From the NCBI GenBank assembly GCA_029213195.1, contig JARGNI010000012.1, positions 29,254-93,253 of the forward strand: 64,000 bases of DNA, written 5' to 3'. This stretch comes from Verrucomicrobiales bacterium. Lineage in GTDB: Bacteria; Verrucomicrobiota; Verrucomicrobiia; Verrucomicrobiales; DEV007. The notes under the pieces were generated by a model, which saw only the letters and a list, made by a program, of their open reading frames with translations, did not search any database and was not told the DNA's origin. Positions within the stretch are counted from its first letter, which is position 1; every line of letters starts with the position of its first letter. Shown here piece by piece: positions 7,485 through 17,654 of this stretch. Position numbers and translations under genes: made by a program.

Positions 7485-9213
7485 CGATACCCATAGCACT
7501 TTTTCGCGCAATTTTGGGCATCAGTTTCGGACGCGATCGCTTGAGCACGAAGTAGGCGATCGAAAGCAGACGCAAGCCGACGATCCGGTCCACGATCCGA
7601 TAGCCGGGAGATCTTCGGACGAGATAGTTCGCGAAAAACCGGATGTATCTTCGACTCAGACGAAAGGGTTCAAAATCGAGCTTCACGGTGTACCGAAAGC
7701 GGGTTCCCTTCGGAAACCTCCGCTTGTATCGCTTCTTGGCTTTCTTGAGGCGCTTGCGAATCTCGTCATCGAAGGGACGAAAGAAATATTCCCGAGACAG
7801 GGCGATGATCCCGAAGGTGTATTCCATGTACTCGATATCTTCTTCCGGAAGGTTGCATTCGAGGGCCAAACTCCTCATCCGCTTGATCTTGGACATCGCG
7901 GCATAGCCGGCACGGATCGATGTTTCTCCCTCCTCCACAAAATGGTTCAGCATCTTCTTGAGCGAATGCGAGACGAAGATGTGATGCCAGTAGACACCGA
8001 TCAGAGGTGGCATCCTGACACGTCGAAAATAGAGCCGCCTTCTCGCAAAGTCGGGTAGATAGAGCAACTCGATGACCACTTCCTCACTGAGACGCAGCAA
8101 TTCCTGCAATGCCGGTAGATTGGTCACATTGGGAAGGTGGGAAATCGCTTCCTCGACCAGTTCGCCATGCTTGAAGAGTCGCAGGGTCACGAAAGTGTTG
8201 ATCTCGGTCCAGACACTCGAATTCTCGAGAAAGGCCAGTCGACGAAAGGGCGTCCATCCTCCCGTCTGGCACCACACCGAAATCCCAATGACATTCGGAA
8301 CATCGCGAAGCTCGATCGCCAGCTGTTCGTAGTCCCCTCCGACGAAACTCGGATACTCCCCGCATCCCTCGTATTCCCGACGAGTTTGCAATTCGACGAT
8401 CTTCGGGAGGTCCGTGACGAAAAAATTTCGGTTCAGGGAAAGGTATCGGAAAAAATCGGATTCGCCGTATTTCATCGAAAGCACCAGTGCGGGACTGGTG
8501 ATTCCTGCCACGGTCTTTTCGAGGGTCGCGTCATGCCAGATCAGGTCTCCAACCGAGTGCGCCCCCACCGTCCAAGTGCGAAATATGCAACGCCGTCGAT
8601 GCTTCTCGAAAACCGGGAGGATCGCATGCAGACATTTATTGACCATCGCCGGGCTCTTCAGCACGAGCTTGCTGCGAAACTGTTCCTTGATATCGAGACC
8701 GTCGCTCTCCCCGATGCGAAGAACCACTCCAGCCACCTCGGGAAAGTCCTCGAAAAACCGGTCCAGCAATTCTCCCAGAAATTCTCTCTGCTTCTTCGCG
8801 CTGTTCCCGATCCGCTCTTCCAGCGCGGGCGTGAATGTCAGGATGTCCATCGTCAGATAGACGTGAAGCCCTTCCCCTCGGATGATCCGAAACAGCTCGC
8901 GGAAGTGCTCCCGGTAGAGATGGATGCGTTCCCGCACGGACTCCTCGTAGAACTCGTGATCTGCAAGATGAGGAACATCGTCCAGGGTCACCCCGGTGTA
9001 ACCGATCGCAGCGACGCTCTTGCAGAAAACCTGCATATCGCCCCGGACCTGCGCGAAAGTTTCATTCAACTCCTCTTCCCCCATCGCCTCGAAGCGGATC
9101 CAGGGCAATTTCGACCAGTTGATGCGAAACCGATCGTATCCCGGAAAGAAGGGTCCGATGGCATCGATCAGATAGAGCGAGGACTGGAGGGAAGGCAAAT
9201 CCACAAGGTTCAC
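7468..9213 (-). CDS. Hypothetical 581-aa protein, probable TIM-barrel glycoside-hydrolase-like fold (GH67-like, weak)
   Basis: Long ORF overlapping the sulfatase start. Alternating beta/alpha pattern with GYTGVTLDD, GVVLRIGESDG, FRTW, SMKYGESDFF, VELQTRREYEG. No signal peptide; basic C-terminus. Confidence 0.55.
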   Translation of the reverse strand: MNLVDLPSLQSSLYLIDAIGPFFPGYDRFRINWSKLPWIRFEAMGEEELNETFAQVRGDMQVFCKSVAAIGYTGVTLDDVPHLADHEFYEESVRERIHLYREHFRELFRIIRGEGLHVYLTMDILTFTPALEERIGNSAKKQREFLGELLDRFFEDFPEVAGVVLRIGESDGLDIKEQFRSKLVLKSPAMVNKCLHAILPVFEKHRRRCIFRTWTVGAHSVGDLIWHDATLEKTVAGITSPALVLSMKYGESDFFRYLSLNRNFFVTDLPKIVELQTRREYEGCGEYPSFVGGDYEQLAIELRDVPNVIGISVWCQTGGWTPFRRLAFLENSSVWTEINTFVTLRLFKHGELVEEAISHLPNVTNLPALQELLRLSEEVVIELLYLPDFARRRLYFRRVRMPPLIGVYWHHIFVSHSLKKMLNHFVEEGETSIRAGYAAMSKIKRMRSLALECNLPEEDIEYMEYTFGIIALSREYFFRPFDDEIRKRLKKAKKRYKRRFPKGTRFRYTVKLDFEPFRLSRRYIRFFANYLVRRSPGYRIVDRIVGLRLLSIAYFVLKRSRPKLMPKIARKSAMGIDAVFK

Positions 9214-9384
9214 GACATCGTTTCCCGCCTCATACGACAGGGTTCCCTGAGAGGCAATGGCAACCTCCCTCCAAACTTGAACTCCTTGGTTTCAATTTCG
9301 ACACAGAGCATAGACCGCAGTCACCCAAAAAAGTGCCTTGCAGAAAGACTGGCACTGCGGCCCCGTAACCTTCATATTTTCATC

Positions 9385-10413
9385 ATGCAAAATCCTCTCT
9401 CCCTTCTTCGGAATCGATTCACCCCTTTTGCGGTTGCGATCAGTGCTGCTGTAGCCATCTGCGGAATCGCCGTTCTCGCCACATCTTGCCAGGACACAGA
9501 CAACGCCGCGGCGTCTGTAGAGAGCCCGAGAAAAATTGTCTTCATCGCCGGTCAACCAAGCCACCCGTCTGGTCAGCACGAATTCAACGCAGGAGCCATT
9601 CTTCTCGCCCGTGCTCTCAATGAGCAGAGCAACCTTCCCGTGCGGGTCGAGGTGGTTCACAATGGCTGGCCCGAAGATGAAACAGTCTTTGAAAGAGCCA
9701 TGGCCGTCATCATTTACTCGGATGGAAATGCGAAACACCCCGTGAATGGCCACGAAGAAAAATTGGACGCGCTCCTCAAATCCGGAGTCGGCCTCATGTG
9801 CATGCACTACGGGGTTGAGGTTCCGAAGGGCCCCCAAGGTGAATATTTCAAACAGTGGATCGGAGGTCACTATGAAGCCGGATTCTCCACCAACCCTCAC
9901 TGGACTGCAGAAGTCGAGATCAACGAAGAGCACCCGATCAGCAATGGCGTTCCGGGATTCACGGCAAATGATGAGTGGTATTACAACATCCGTTTTGCCG
10001 ATCCCAACAACTCCAGCAGCATCCTGACAGGCGTGCCAACTCGTGAGCGAATCAATCGCTACATCCACTGGACCCCCGGTGGAGAGAAAGGGCTCGGAAA
10101 GAGGCAGACGATGATGTGGGCCGTGGAAAGACCCGATGGAGGGCGCGGAGTAGGATTCACCGGTGGGCACTGGCACCGGAACTGGGCCATCGATGATTTC
10201 CGCAAGGTCGTCCTGAATGCCATCATCTGGACTGCCGGAGAGGAAGTTCCCGACGCGGGAGTCACCTCCGAACCGATCACGGAAGCTCAACTCAATGAGA
10301 ACCTTGATCCCAAGAAGACGATGGTTCATGTGAAGCTCCCTTCGGAGGAAGATCTCACTCAGCCCGCAGCGAAGCCAAAAGACTTTGGCTGGCCTGGAAA
10401 ACCAAAAGACTGA
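9385..10413 (+). CDS. ThuA-like (class I glutamine amidotransferase-like fold) secreted or lipoprotein
   Basis: True start MQNPLSL inside the over-extended 8137-10413 ORF. Possible lipobox LATSC; KIVFIAG.PSH, GLMCMH, DEWYY, RGVGFTGGH.H.NW. Confidence 0.8.
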   Translation: MQNPLSLLRNRFTPFAVAISAAVAICGIAVLATSCQDTDNAAASVESPRKIVFIAGQPSHPSGQHEFNAGAILLARALNEQSNLPVRVEVVHNGWPEDETVFERAMAVIIYSDGNAKHPVNGHEEKLDALLKSGVGLMCMHYGVEVPKGPQGEYFKQWIGGHYEAGFSTNPHWTAEVEINEEHPISNGVPGFTANDEWYYNIRFADPNNSSSILTGVPTRERINRYIHWTPGGEKGLGKRQTMMWAVERPDGGRGVGFTGGHWHRNWAIDDFRKVVLNAIIWTAGEEVPDAGVTSEPITEAQLNENLDPKKTMVHVKLPSEEDLTQPAAKPKDFGWPGKPKD

Positions 10414-10421
10414 GACCTGGA

Positions 10422-11201
10422 GTGAAGATCGGGATTCTGGATTCGGGTGTCGGAGGGTTCTCCGTTCTACAGGAGATTCATACCCTCCTGCCCCAAACTC
10501 CGATCCACTACGTCGCCGATTCGTCCTGGTGCCCCTATGGCAACAAGCCAGGGGAGGAAATCCGCGACCGAGTCACTCGAATTTCCGACTACCTCCTGGA
10601 AGCTGGCGCGGAGATCCTCGTCATCGCCTGCAACTCGGCAACGATTCACGCAGTCGGATCTCTTCGCGCGACCTACCCCATCCCCATTGTCGGGATGGAA
10701 CCGGCCGTCAAACCGGCTGCCGAGGTCACTCGATCCGGAGTCATCGGTGTTCTCGCAACGGAAGCCTCCATTGCAGGAGAGAAGTTTCATCAGCTCGTCA
10801 ACACTCATGCGAGCGGAGTGCGGGTCATCACACGCCCCTGCCCTCGGTTTGTGGAGCTGGTCGAGCAAGGAATCACCGACGGACCCGAAGCCGAACTCGC
10901 CGTCGACGAAGCCGTCGCCCCTCTGCTTCAGGCAGGAGCAGACGTGCTGGTACTCGGTTGCACCCACTACCCCTTCCTGCGATCGACAATTCGCAGTCGT
11001 GTCCCTGAGACGACCGAATTGATCGATACCGGACCCGCCGTGGCACGGCGAGTCGCCAGCCTCCTTGAAAACGCGCCTGATCTTTCCATCGAAACGTCCG
11101 GTATTCATATCGAAACGACGGGACCTCAGGAGCAACTCGATCTACTCTTGCCGAAACTCCTTCCGAATCTCACGGCCACGACGTCGCAAGTGAGATTCTA
11201 A
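10422..11201 (+). CDS. murI: Glutamate racemase
   Basis: IGILDSGVGG, PYGNK, VIACNSAT, GMEPAVKPA, VLGCTHYP. Confidence 0.96.
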   Translation: MKIGILDSGVGGFSVLQEIHTLLPQTPIHYVADSSWCPYGNKPGEEIRDRVTRISDYLLEAGAEILVIACNSATIHAVGSLRATYPIPIVGMEPAVKPAAEVTRSGVIGVLATEASIAGEKFHQLVNTHASGVRVITRPCPRFVELVEQGITDGPEAELAVDEAVAPLLQAGADVLVLGCTHYPFLRSTIRSRVPETTELIDTGPAVARRVASLLENAPDLSIETSGIHIETTGPQEQLDLLLPKLLPNLTATTSQVRF

Positions 11202-11207
11202 GATCTC

Positions 11208-12614
11208 ATGAAAGCCCTGCTCTATTTCTTTGCTCCTCTGATTCTTTTCTCCTCCGCTGCCCTTGCAGGCCCCAACTTCCTCATCATCATCGGGGACGAC
11301 TGCACCTACAACGATCTCCCTCTCTATGGCGGAAAAAATGCAAAAACTCCCCATCTCGATGAACTCGCGAGCCGTGGCCTGACCTTCAACCAAGCCTATC
11401 TCGCCACGGCGATGTGCCAGCCCTGCCGGGCCGAGCTTTACTCCGGCCAATACCCCATGAGCAATGGCTGTGCCTGGAATCACTCAGCCAGCCGCCCCGA
11501 GACTCGAAGCCTCCCCCACTACCTGCGCCCCCTCGGCTATCGGGTTGGTATCTCCGGAAAAGTGCATGTGAAACCCGCTGCCGCCTTCCCCTTCGACCCG
11601 GTCGATGGATTTGACCCCAACTGTGTTCGCAATCCGACCCAGAAGCACGATCTCACCGCGATCGCCGATTACATGAAAGGCGAGGAGCCGTTCTGCCTCG
11701 TCATCGGGCTCGTCGAACCCCATGTCCCCTGGGTCATGGGAGATGCTTCGGAGTATCCAAAACCATCGCTGAAACTCCCTCCCAACCTGGCCGATACGCC
11801 CTCGACCCGGGAGCACTTTGCCAACTACCTCGCGGAAATCACCTACATGGATTCTCAAGTGGGAGACATCCTCGAAACCTTGAAGCAAACGGGCAAGGAA
11901 GACGACACGCTCGTCCTCTTCACCTCGGAGCAGGGCTCCCAGTTTCCCGGTTGCAAGTGGACCAACTGGAACACGGGACTCCACACCGCCTTCATCGCAG
12001 CCTGGCCTGGGAAGATTTCAGAAGGCACCCGAACCGATGCGCTGATCCAATATGCCGACGTAGCCCCCACCCTCGTCGACCTGGCCGGTGGAGATCCCGA
12101 ATCCCAGGTGGATGGAACCAGCTTCGCGGCGGTTTTGAGTGGAGAAACGGACAAGCATCGCGAGTTCGCCTACGGCCTGCACAACAATCTTCCTGAAGGC
12201 CCCCGCTATCCGATCCGATCGATCACCGATGGAACGTTTCGCTACATCCGCAATCTTCTGCCCAAGGAACTCTACATCGAAAAACATCTCATGGGCGGGG
12301 GACGATTGAACAACCCCTACTGGGCGACCTGGATGGGCGACGATCCGATGAAGAAACCGAACAGCTATCAGAAGATCAAGCGCTACATGAGCCGTCCTCC
12401 GGTCCAGCTGTATCACACTCTGGAAGACCCCTACGAGCAGGAGAACCTGGCTGGCGATGACGGCTATGCCGAGGTGAAGTCCCGACTCGCGAAAGCTCTC
12501 GACGACTGGATGACAGCCGAAGCCGACCCTGGAGCCAAGGTCGATACCGTAGAGGCACTCAAGGCGTCACGGCAGGGCGAGCATTTGTATGGAGCAAGTG
12601 GAACCCAAGAGTAA
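11208..12614 (+). CDS. Secreted sulfatase, N-sulfoglucosamine sulfohydrolase-like
   Basis: Signal peptide; NFLIIIGDD; CQPCR formylglycine motif; GK.HV, PH.P, FTSEQG. Confidence 0.9.
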   Translation: MKALLYFFAPLILFSSAALAGPNFLIIIGDDCTYNDLPLYGGKNAKTPHLDELASRGLTFNQAYLATAMCQPCRAELYSGQYPMSNGCAWNHSASRPETRSLPHYLRPLGYRVGISGKVHVKPAAAFPFDPVDGFDPNCVRNPTQKHDLTAIADYMKGEEPFCLVIGLVEPHVPWVMGDASEYPKPSLKLPPNLADTPSTREHFANYLAEITYMDSQVGDILETLKQTGKEDDTLVLFTSEQGSQFPGCKWTNWNTGLHTAFIAAWPGKISEGTRTDALIQYADVAPTLVDLAGGDPESQVDGTSFAAVLSGETDKHREFAYGLHNNLPEGPRYPIRSITDGTFRYIRNLLPKELYIEKHLMGGGRLNNPYWATWMGDDPMKKPNSYQKIKRYMSRPPVQLYHTLEDPYEQENLAGDDGYAEVKSRLAKALDDWMTAEADPGAKVDTVEALKASRQGEHLYGASGTQE

Positions 12615-12692
12615 AAATCACGGGAAAGGCTACTCGCGTACTAGCGACTTTGCGGTCTTGATGGATCGCTTCGAGCGGGTCATCGTCAAGCC

Positions 12693-13052
12693 ATGAATCC
12701 CGAAACGACCGTATCCATCCATCCCTACTTCAAACCTCACGACGGCAAGCTCGACGAGTTCATTGCCGGGATGGAAGCCTTTGTCGAACGCACCTCCAGC
12801 GAGGAGAAAGTTCTCTTCTACGACTTTACCGTCTGCGACGGTGTCGTCTTTTGCCGCGAAGCCTACGTCGGTGGAGAAGGAGCTCTCGCCCATCTCGCGA
12901 ATGTCGATGACCTGCTCAAAGCAGCGCTGGAGATCTCCGATCTTATTCGTCTCGAAGTTCACGGTGCTGCCGCAGAACTGGACAAAATGCGAGAGCCTCT
13001 CGCCGATCTGCCAGTCGACTGGTTTGTCCTGGAGACGGGATTGGTGAAATAG
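12693..13052 (+). CDS. Small dimeric alpha+beta barrel (antibiotic-biosynthesis-monooxygenase-like) protein
   Basis: 119 aa; E...L.YDF, FCREAY....ALAHL pattern; acidic; normal gene context. Confidence 0.6.
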   Translation: MNPETTVSIHPYFKPHDGKLDEFIAGMEAFVERTSSEEKVLFYDFTVCDGVVFCREAYVGGEGALAHLANVDDLLKAALEISDLIRLEVHGAAAELDKMREPLADLPVDWFVLETGLVK

Positions 13053-13146
13053 CTGCCAGGCAATTCGTGAGAAAAGCCAAAAACTTTTGAACGAATTGCC
13101 TCCATGTTAATCAAAGCATGCTAAATATAGCGTGCAATAGATTAAC

Positions 13147-13575
13147 ATGAAAAATACCGAATCCCCCTTTGGCCTCAGCGAGCACCTTGGACTTGTCGCC
13201 GGGGCAATGAGTGCTCTAGCTGAGAGTCTCGATCGATTTGCGGAAGAGAGCTGGGACCATCCCGAGGCAGTTCCCTTCTTTGAAGAATGTCTCACGGGAC
13301 TGACTTTTCTGGATGCATTCGTGGAGGCGAGAATCCTCTACGCCACCCCATTTTCTCCCATCGATACGGAGGCGGTTTCTGATTCGTTCGCGAGCGAAAA
13401 CGGATGGCTCCGCGTGGCGGCTCTGAGGGCAAGGGTTACGTTTCATGACGAGACGCTTGAAAACTCTCTTTCCGTGCTCGCTGACACGCTGGACGATCTT
13501 GTGGAATATCTCAGGAATCGAGACCTCCGCCCCCCATTCAATGAGGTCAACCCTGAGACTGCGCTGGTTGCCTGA
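13147..13575 (+). CDS. Hypothetical acidic helical protein (142 aa), probably monocistronic
   Basis: ATG start after an AT-rich intergenic region, followed by a strong terminator; no family recognised. Confidence 0.6.
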   Translation: MKNTESPFGLSEHLGLVAGAMSALAESLDRFAEESWDHPEAVPFFEECLTGLTFLDAFVEARILYATPFSPIDTEAVSDSFASENGWLRVAALRARVTFHDETLENSLSVLADTLDDLVEYLRNRDLRPPFNEVNPETALVA

Positions 13576-13609
13576 GTTTCCCTCCTTCTCCATCTCCCTC
13601 CCCAACAAG

Positions 13610-13651
13610 CGGTCGATTTTCGGTACGTCAGTCCGAGAATCGACCGTTTTT
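13610..13651 (+). terminator. Strong Rho-independent terminator
   Basis: CGGTCGATTTTCGG-9 nt-CCGAGAATCGACCG (14-bp stem with one G-U pair) followed by TTTTT. Confidence 0.8.
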
Positions 13652-13711
13652 GTCGAACGAAACGAGGGGGAAACGAATCTAAATCTATAAACACGAATTC
13701 TCTCTCCTCCT

Positions 13712-14842
13712 ATGAGTTACCCTTCTTCTTCTCCTCCTGCTGCATCCTCCAGCCCGTCTCGTCGTGGATTCCTGGGTCCGTCTCTCCAGCTCGGATCTGT
13801 TTCCGGAATCCCGATCCGCATCCATTGGTCCTTCAGCCTGTTGCTGCTTTGGGCAGCCTTCGCAAACTACCTGGCAACCGGCAGTGCCATGACCATGGTT
13901 CTCGGTGTTGCCTTCGTCCTCGTCGTCTTTGGCTGCGTCATCCTTCACGAGCTGGGCCACAGCCTCACCGCACTTCGCTTCGGAATTCGAACGCGAAGCA
14001 TCACTCTATCTCCCCTCGGCGGGATCGCCGCGCTCGAGAGTTCTCCACGCGATTGGAAGCAAGAGTTGTGGATCACCGTGGCCGGACCCGCGGTCAATGC
14101 AGTGATCGCCGCCCTGCTCCTTCCCTTCGTCATTCTGACCGTGAACGTTCCAGCCGTCCTCGGTGATCCGTTTGCCTCGGCGGGTGGATTTCTCTTCATG
14201 GTGTTCGCGGCCAATGTCATGCTGGTCCTCTTCAATCTCATCCCCGCCTTTCCGATGGACGGTGGTCGCATTTTCCGGTCTCTCCTGACGCCTGTGACGA
14301 ACCGGTGGAAAGCAACCCAGATTGCCTCGACGACGGGTCAGGTCTGCGCCATTGCGATGGCAGGAATCGGTTTGTTCACCTCCCCTTTCCTGGTCCTCAT
14401 CTCGGTCTTCGTTTTTCTCGCTGCCGCTGCCGAGCGGAAATCGGTCGAAATGGACGAAGCCCTCTCCGGCACCAGGGTCTCCGACGCGATGCGACACAGT
14501 TTCGAAACAGCAAGCCACTCGGATACGGTCAACGATGGCATTGCACTGGCCCTCCGCAGCGGACAGAACACGGTACCTGTAATGTTCAACGGCCAGTTGC
14601 TCGGGCTGACATCTCTCCATGAGCTCATCCAAGCCCGCGCCACAGGTCGCGGACATCTTCTCCTGAGCCAGTTGGTCGATGGAGATCTCCCTTACGTGAC
14701 TCCCGGAGACGAGCTCCTATCCGTCTTTCGAAAGATGCAGCAGGGGCATCGAGAAGTCGTGCCCGTGATCCAGGAGAAACGCCTCGTCGGACTTCTCCCC
14801 CAGCGATCGATTCGATCCTTGCTTCAGCTTCGGGCCGCGTGA
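13712..14842 (+). CDS. Site-2 protease (peptidase M50) with C-terminal CBS pair
   Basis: HELGH, ITVAGPAVN, FNLIPAFPMDGGR, several TM helices, two CBS-like repeats. Confidence 0.92.
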   Translation: MSYPSSSPPAASSSPSRRGFLGPSLQLGSVSGIPIRIHWSFSLLLLWAAFANYLATGSAMTMVLGVAFVLVVFGCVILHELGHSLTALRFGIRTRSITLSPLGGIAALESSPRDWKQELWITVAGPAVNAVIAALLLPFVILTVNVPAVLGDPFASAGGFLFMVFAANVMLVLFNLIPAFPMDGGRIFRSLLTPVTNRWKATQIASTTGQVCAIAMAGIGLFTSPFLVLISVFVFLAAAAERKSVEMDEALSGTRVSDAMRHSFETASHSDTVNDGIALALRSGQNTVPVMFNGQLLGLTSLHELIQARATGRGHLLLSQLVDGDLPYVTPGDELLSVFRKMQQGHREVVPVIQEKRLVGLLPQRSIRSLLQLRAA

Positions 14843-14921
14843 AAGAGCTGAAAACTGGGCAGGTTTTCGACGCCGATACCCGCCCGACCCGTGCGTCTTT
14901 CTCATCCGCTCTCCGGGCGTT

Positions 14922-15218
14922 CTACTCTTTCGGTCTCTGATTTCTCCGCGCCGCCGTGCCCCCGAGGAGGTGTGCGGCTACAGGCAAGGTGAGAAAGGCG
15001 AGGAAGAGCGCCACCGCGGCCTTGATTCCAATTTCCCACCCAGGAAGACGGAGCACCATGGCCGCGAGAATCAAGGCAAAGGCGGCTCCTGATGCTTTGG
15101 TCGCCGCATGCATGCGACTCAACAGGTCCGGGAATCGAAGCAGGCCGAGCCCTGCGATGAGAGCGAAAAAACCGCCGCCGACGAGCAGGGTGGCACTGAG
15201 AACTTCAAGAATCATCAT
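14922..15218 (-). CDS. mrpG: Mrp Na+/H+ antiporter subunit G
   Basis: GLLRFPDLLSRMHAATKA; last gene of the overlapping operon. Confidence 0.88.
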   Translation of the reverse strand: MMILEVLSATLLVGGGFFALIAGLGLLRFPDLLSRMHAATKASGAAFALILAAMVLRLPGWEIGIKAAVALFLAFLTLPVAAHLLGGTAARRNQRPKE

Positions 15219-15486
15219 CGCTGGCAAGGTGTTCAGGATCGAGAAAAAGTGAGACTGCCGTGGTCCCAACAAAGAGAACGAGACCGGCGATCATGGCGAC
15301 GTCCAGCCAGATGGCGTCCTTGAGATGCCAACCCTGCCCCACGGCGAGGCCTACACAACAGAGTGCAACGACATCCGCCGCGTTGAGACGATCAGCCACG
15401 GTGGGTCCCCGCCAGATTCGAACGAGGCCACAAACAATGGACGCGAAGAGACAGGCGACAAAGAAATAGAAAGCGATCTCAATCAT
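15205..15486 (-). CDS. mrpF: Mrp Na+/H+ antiporter subunit F
   Basis: RIWRGPTVADRLNAAD; three TM helices. Confidence 0.88.
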   Translation of the reverse strand: MIEIAFYFFVACLFASIVCGLVRIWRGPTVADRLNAADVVALCCVGLAVGQGWHLKDAIWLDVAMIAGLVLFVGTTAVSLFLDPEHLASDDDS

Positions 15487-15814
15487 GACCTCTCGTAACT
15501 TTCAGGATGGGTTGCTCCAAGTCTCTCGGAATGGATTCACGAGCTTCATCAGCTTTGTCCAGCACATGAACGACCACGTGGTCACCCGGCTCGACATCGA
15601 GCACCAGGGTGCCCGGAGTGAAGGTTATCAAATTTGCCAGGGTCAGGATTTCGGAAGGTTTTTCTACCTTGGTATCCAGGGTGATCGACTCCGGTTCGAT
15701 CTCGAGCTTGGGAGAAAGAACCTGGCGGGCGATGGTGATATTCGCCTTCCAGAAGTCTCCCGTGTATTTCACGAAAAGAAGGAGCGCTGCAAAAAATCTT
15801 CGAAAGAAACTCAT
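15479..15814 (-). CDS. mrpE: Mrp Na+/H+ antiporter subunit E
   Basis: LANLITFTPGTL...VHVLD. Confidence 0.88.
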   Translation of the reverse strand: MSFFRRFFAALLLFVKYTGDFWKANITIARQVLSPKLEIEPESITLDTKVEKPSEILTLANLITFTPGTLVLDVEPGDHVVVHVLDKADEARESIPRDLEQPILKVTRGHD

Positions 15815-17307
15815 GACTCAGGGGGAGGCGAAACACTTTGCACGAGAGCGGGATTGGATTGGATGAGCTGATCCGCAGCTCGTTCCGAGAGTCGAAACAG
15901 GGGGTCCACAAAGATACCGATGAGGATGGTGAGACTCCCTAACATGGCCATCGGAACCAGTTGCACCTTCCGAAATTTCTCAATCCCTCCGGGGCGAGGA
16001 CTTTCCTTCCAGAACGCCTCTCCCCAGATCTTGGTCATGGAAAAGAGCGTCACGACGCCAACCAGCAAAGCGATCACGACGTAGACGTAGGCTTCTTCCC
16101 GGAGAGCCTCGCGCAGCAACAGGAACTTGGCGAAGAATCCCGAGAGAGGAGGGATTCCTCCGAGAGACAAAGCCGGAATCAGGAAGAGAACCGCGAGCAG
16201 TGGGGCACCTTTGAGCAATCCTCCCAGCTTCTCGAGGCGCTCACTCCGCCCGGTCGAGGCAATCGCTCCTGCTGCCAGGAAGAGATTCGTCTTCACGAGG
16301 ATGTGATGAACGATATAGAAAATCGCTGCCGCAAAGGCACCCTGCGTAAAGAGCCCCAACCCGAGGACGATATAGCCAATCTGGCTCACGATGTGGAAGG
16401 ACAGGATTCGCCGGGTGTGGAACTGACTGGCCGCCCCAAGGACACCGGCAACCATAGTCGCGGCACCGACGACGAGAAAGAGCGGGCCAATGATTTCCGA
16501 GAGGAATCCAAACGCTCCTCCGAAGACCCGGAACAGAGCATACACCCCGACCTTGGTGAGGAGGCCACCGAACACCGCCGCTGTCGCAAAGCCGGTGTTG
16601 GGGTACGCCGGCGGAAGCCAAAAATAGAGAGGGAAGACACCCGCCTTGATTCCGAAGGCAATCAAAAGCAGAGCCGCCGAACTCAGAATGACCGGATCCG
16701 AACCACTGGAAGCCAATCGCATCGCCACTTCGTCGAGGTTCAACTGCCCCGTCTTACCATAGATCACTCCCAGACCACTGAGGAAAAAGAACGAAGAGAC
16801 CATGTTGATCACGACATACTTGGTCGCCCCCTCGAAGACATACTTTCCTCGCCCGAGGACAAGCATGGCAAAGGAAGACATCAGCATGACCTCGAACCAG
16901 ACAAAGAGATTGAAGAGATCGTTTGTCAGGAAGGCCCCATTGATTCCGGCGAGAAGGAGGAAGAAGAAAGTCCCATAGCCTTTCCTCCAGATCACTCTTC
17001 CGATTTCCCCCATGGCGAAGAGTGCACCGGCGAAACCGATGATTCCGGCGACCACCACCATGATGGCCGCAAACAGATCCACCTGGAATGAGATCCCGAG
17101 CGGCTTTTCCCAACTGCCGAAGTCGACCCGTATTGGGACATCCGACGCATGGATGATGGAAAACAACCAGAGTGCAGATCCGAGAAGTGCGGCCAGACCT
17201 GCAGGCAGAAAGACTCGTGAAACCGCCGGCCGATCACGGAGCAGCCAGGCCACCAGCGAAAGCAGGAGTGGCAGGACCACAGGAAGGGCTATGGCAATGG
17301 GCTCCAT
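15811..17307 (-). CDS. mrpD: Mrp Na+/H+ antiporter subunit D
   Basis: FLTNDLFNLFVWFEVML, FGIKAG.FPLYFWLP, LLTKVGVYA, GGIPPLSGFFAKF. Confidence 0.93.
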   Translation of the reverse strand: MEPIAIALPVVLPLLLSLVAWLLRDRPAVSRVFLPAGLAALLGSALWLFSIIHASDVPIRVDFGSWEKPLGISFQVDLFAAIMVVVAGIIGFAGALFAMGEIGRVIWRKGYGTFFFLLLAGINGAFLTNDLFNLFVWFEVMLMSSFAMLVLGRGKYVFEGATKYVVINMVSSFFFLSGLGVIYGKTGQLNLDEVAMRLASSGSDPVILSSAALLLIAFGIKAGVFPLYFWLPPAYPNTGFATAAVFGGLLTKVGVYALFRVFGGAFGFLSEIIGPLFLVVGAATMVAGVLGAASQFHTRRILSFHIVSQIGYIVLGLGLFTQGAFAAAIFYIVHHILVKTNLFLAAGAIASTGRSERLEKLGGLLKGAPLLAVLFLIPALSLGGIPPLSGFFAKFLLLREALREEAYVYVVIALLVGVVTLFSMTKIWGEAFWKESPRPGGIEKFRKVQLVPMAMLGSLTILIGIFVDPLFRLSERAADQLIQSNPALVQSVSPPPES

Positions 17308-17654
17308 CAGGATTCTACACGGGCAAGGGCATCCACATCGGCATCTGCCGTGCGTCGATGAGTTCGTTTCAAAAGGACCAGGCAGAAGGCAAGCACCCCA
17401 AAGCTAATCACAATGGCGGTGAGGACGAGAGCCTGGGCAAGGGGGTCGGGGTGTCCCTCGGGAAGCTCTTTGGCAGTCTTGGCAATCACGGCCGTATCCC
17501 CCCGGCCAAGCCCTGCTGCCGTGAACACGAGCACATTGGCCGCCTGGGCAAGGAGAGCAAGACCGATGAGAACACGGAAGAGACTCCGCTGCAGAAGCAT
17601 CCTCGTGCCACAAGCGGCCAGGCATCCGATCATGATTGCAATGATCAATTCCAT
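17307..17654 (-). CDS. mrpC: Mrp Na+/H+ antiporter subunit C
   Basis: DPLAQALVLTAIVISFG. Confidence 0.92.
   Translation of the reverse strand: MELIIAIMIGCLAACGTRMLLQRSLFRVLIGLALLAQAANVLVFTAAGLGRGDTAVIAKTAKELPEGHPDPLAQALVLTAIVISFGVLAFCLVLLKRTHRRTADADVDALARVES

Noticed and set aside
8137-9384. Apparent 416-aa N-terminal extension making a 758-aa ORF with the ThuA-like domain
   Set aside because: It is the antisense shadow of the 7468-9213 gene; the signal-peptide start at 9385 is far more plausible.
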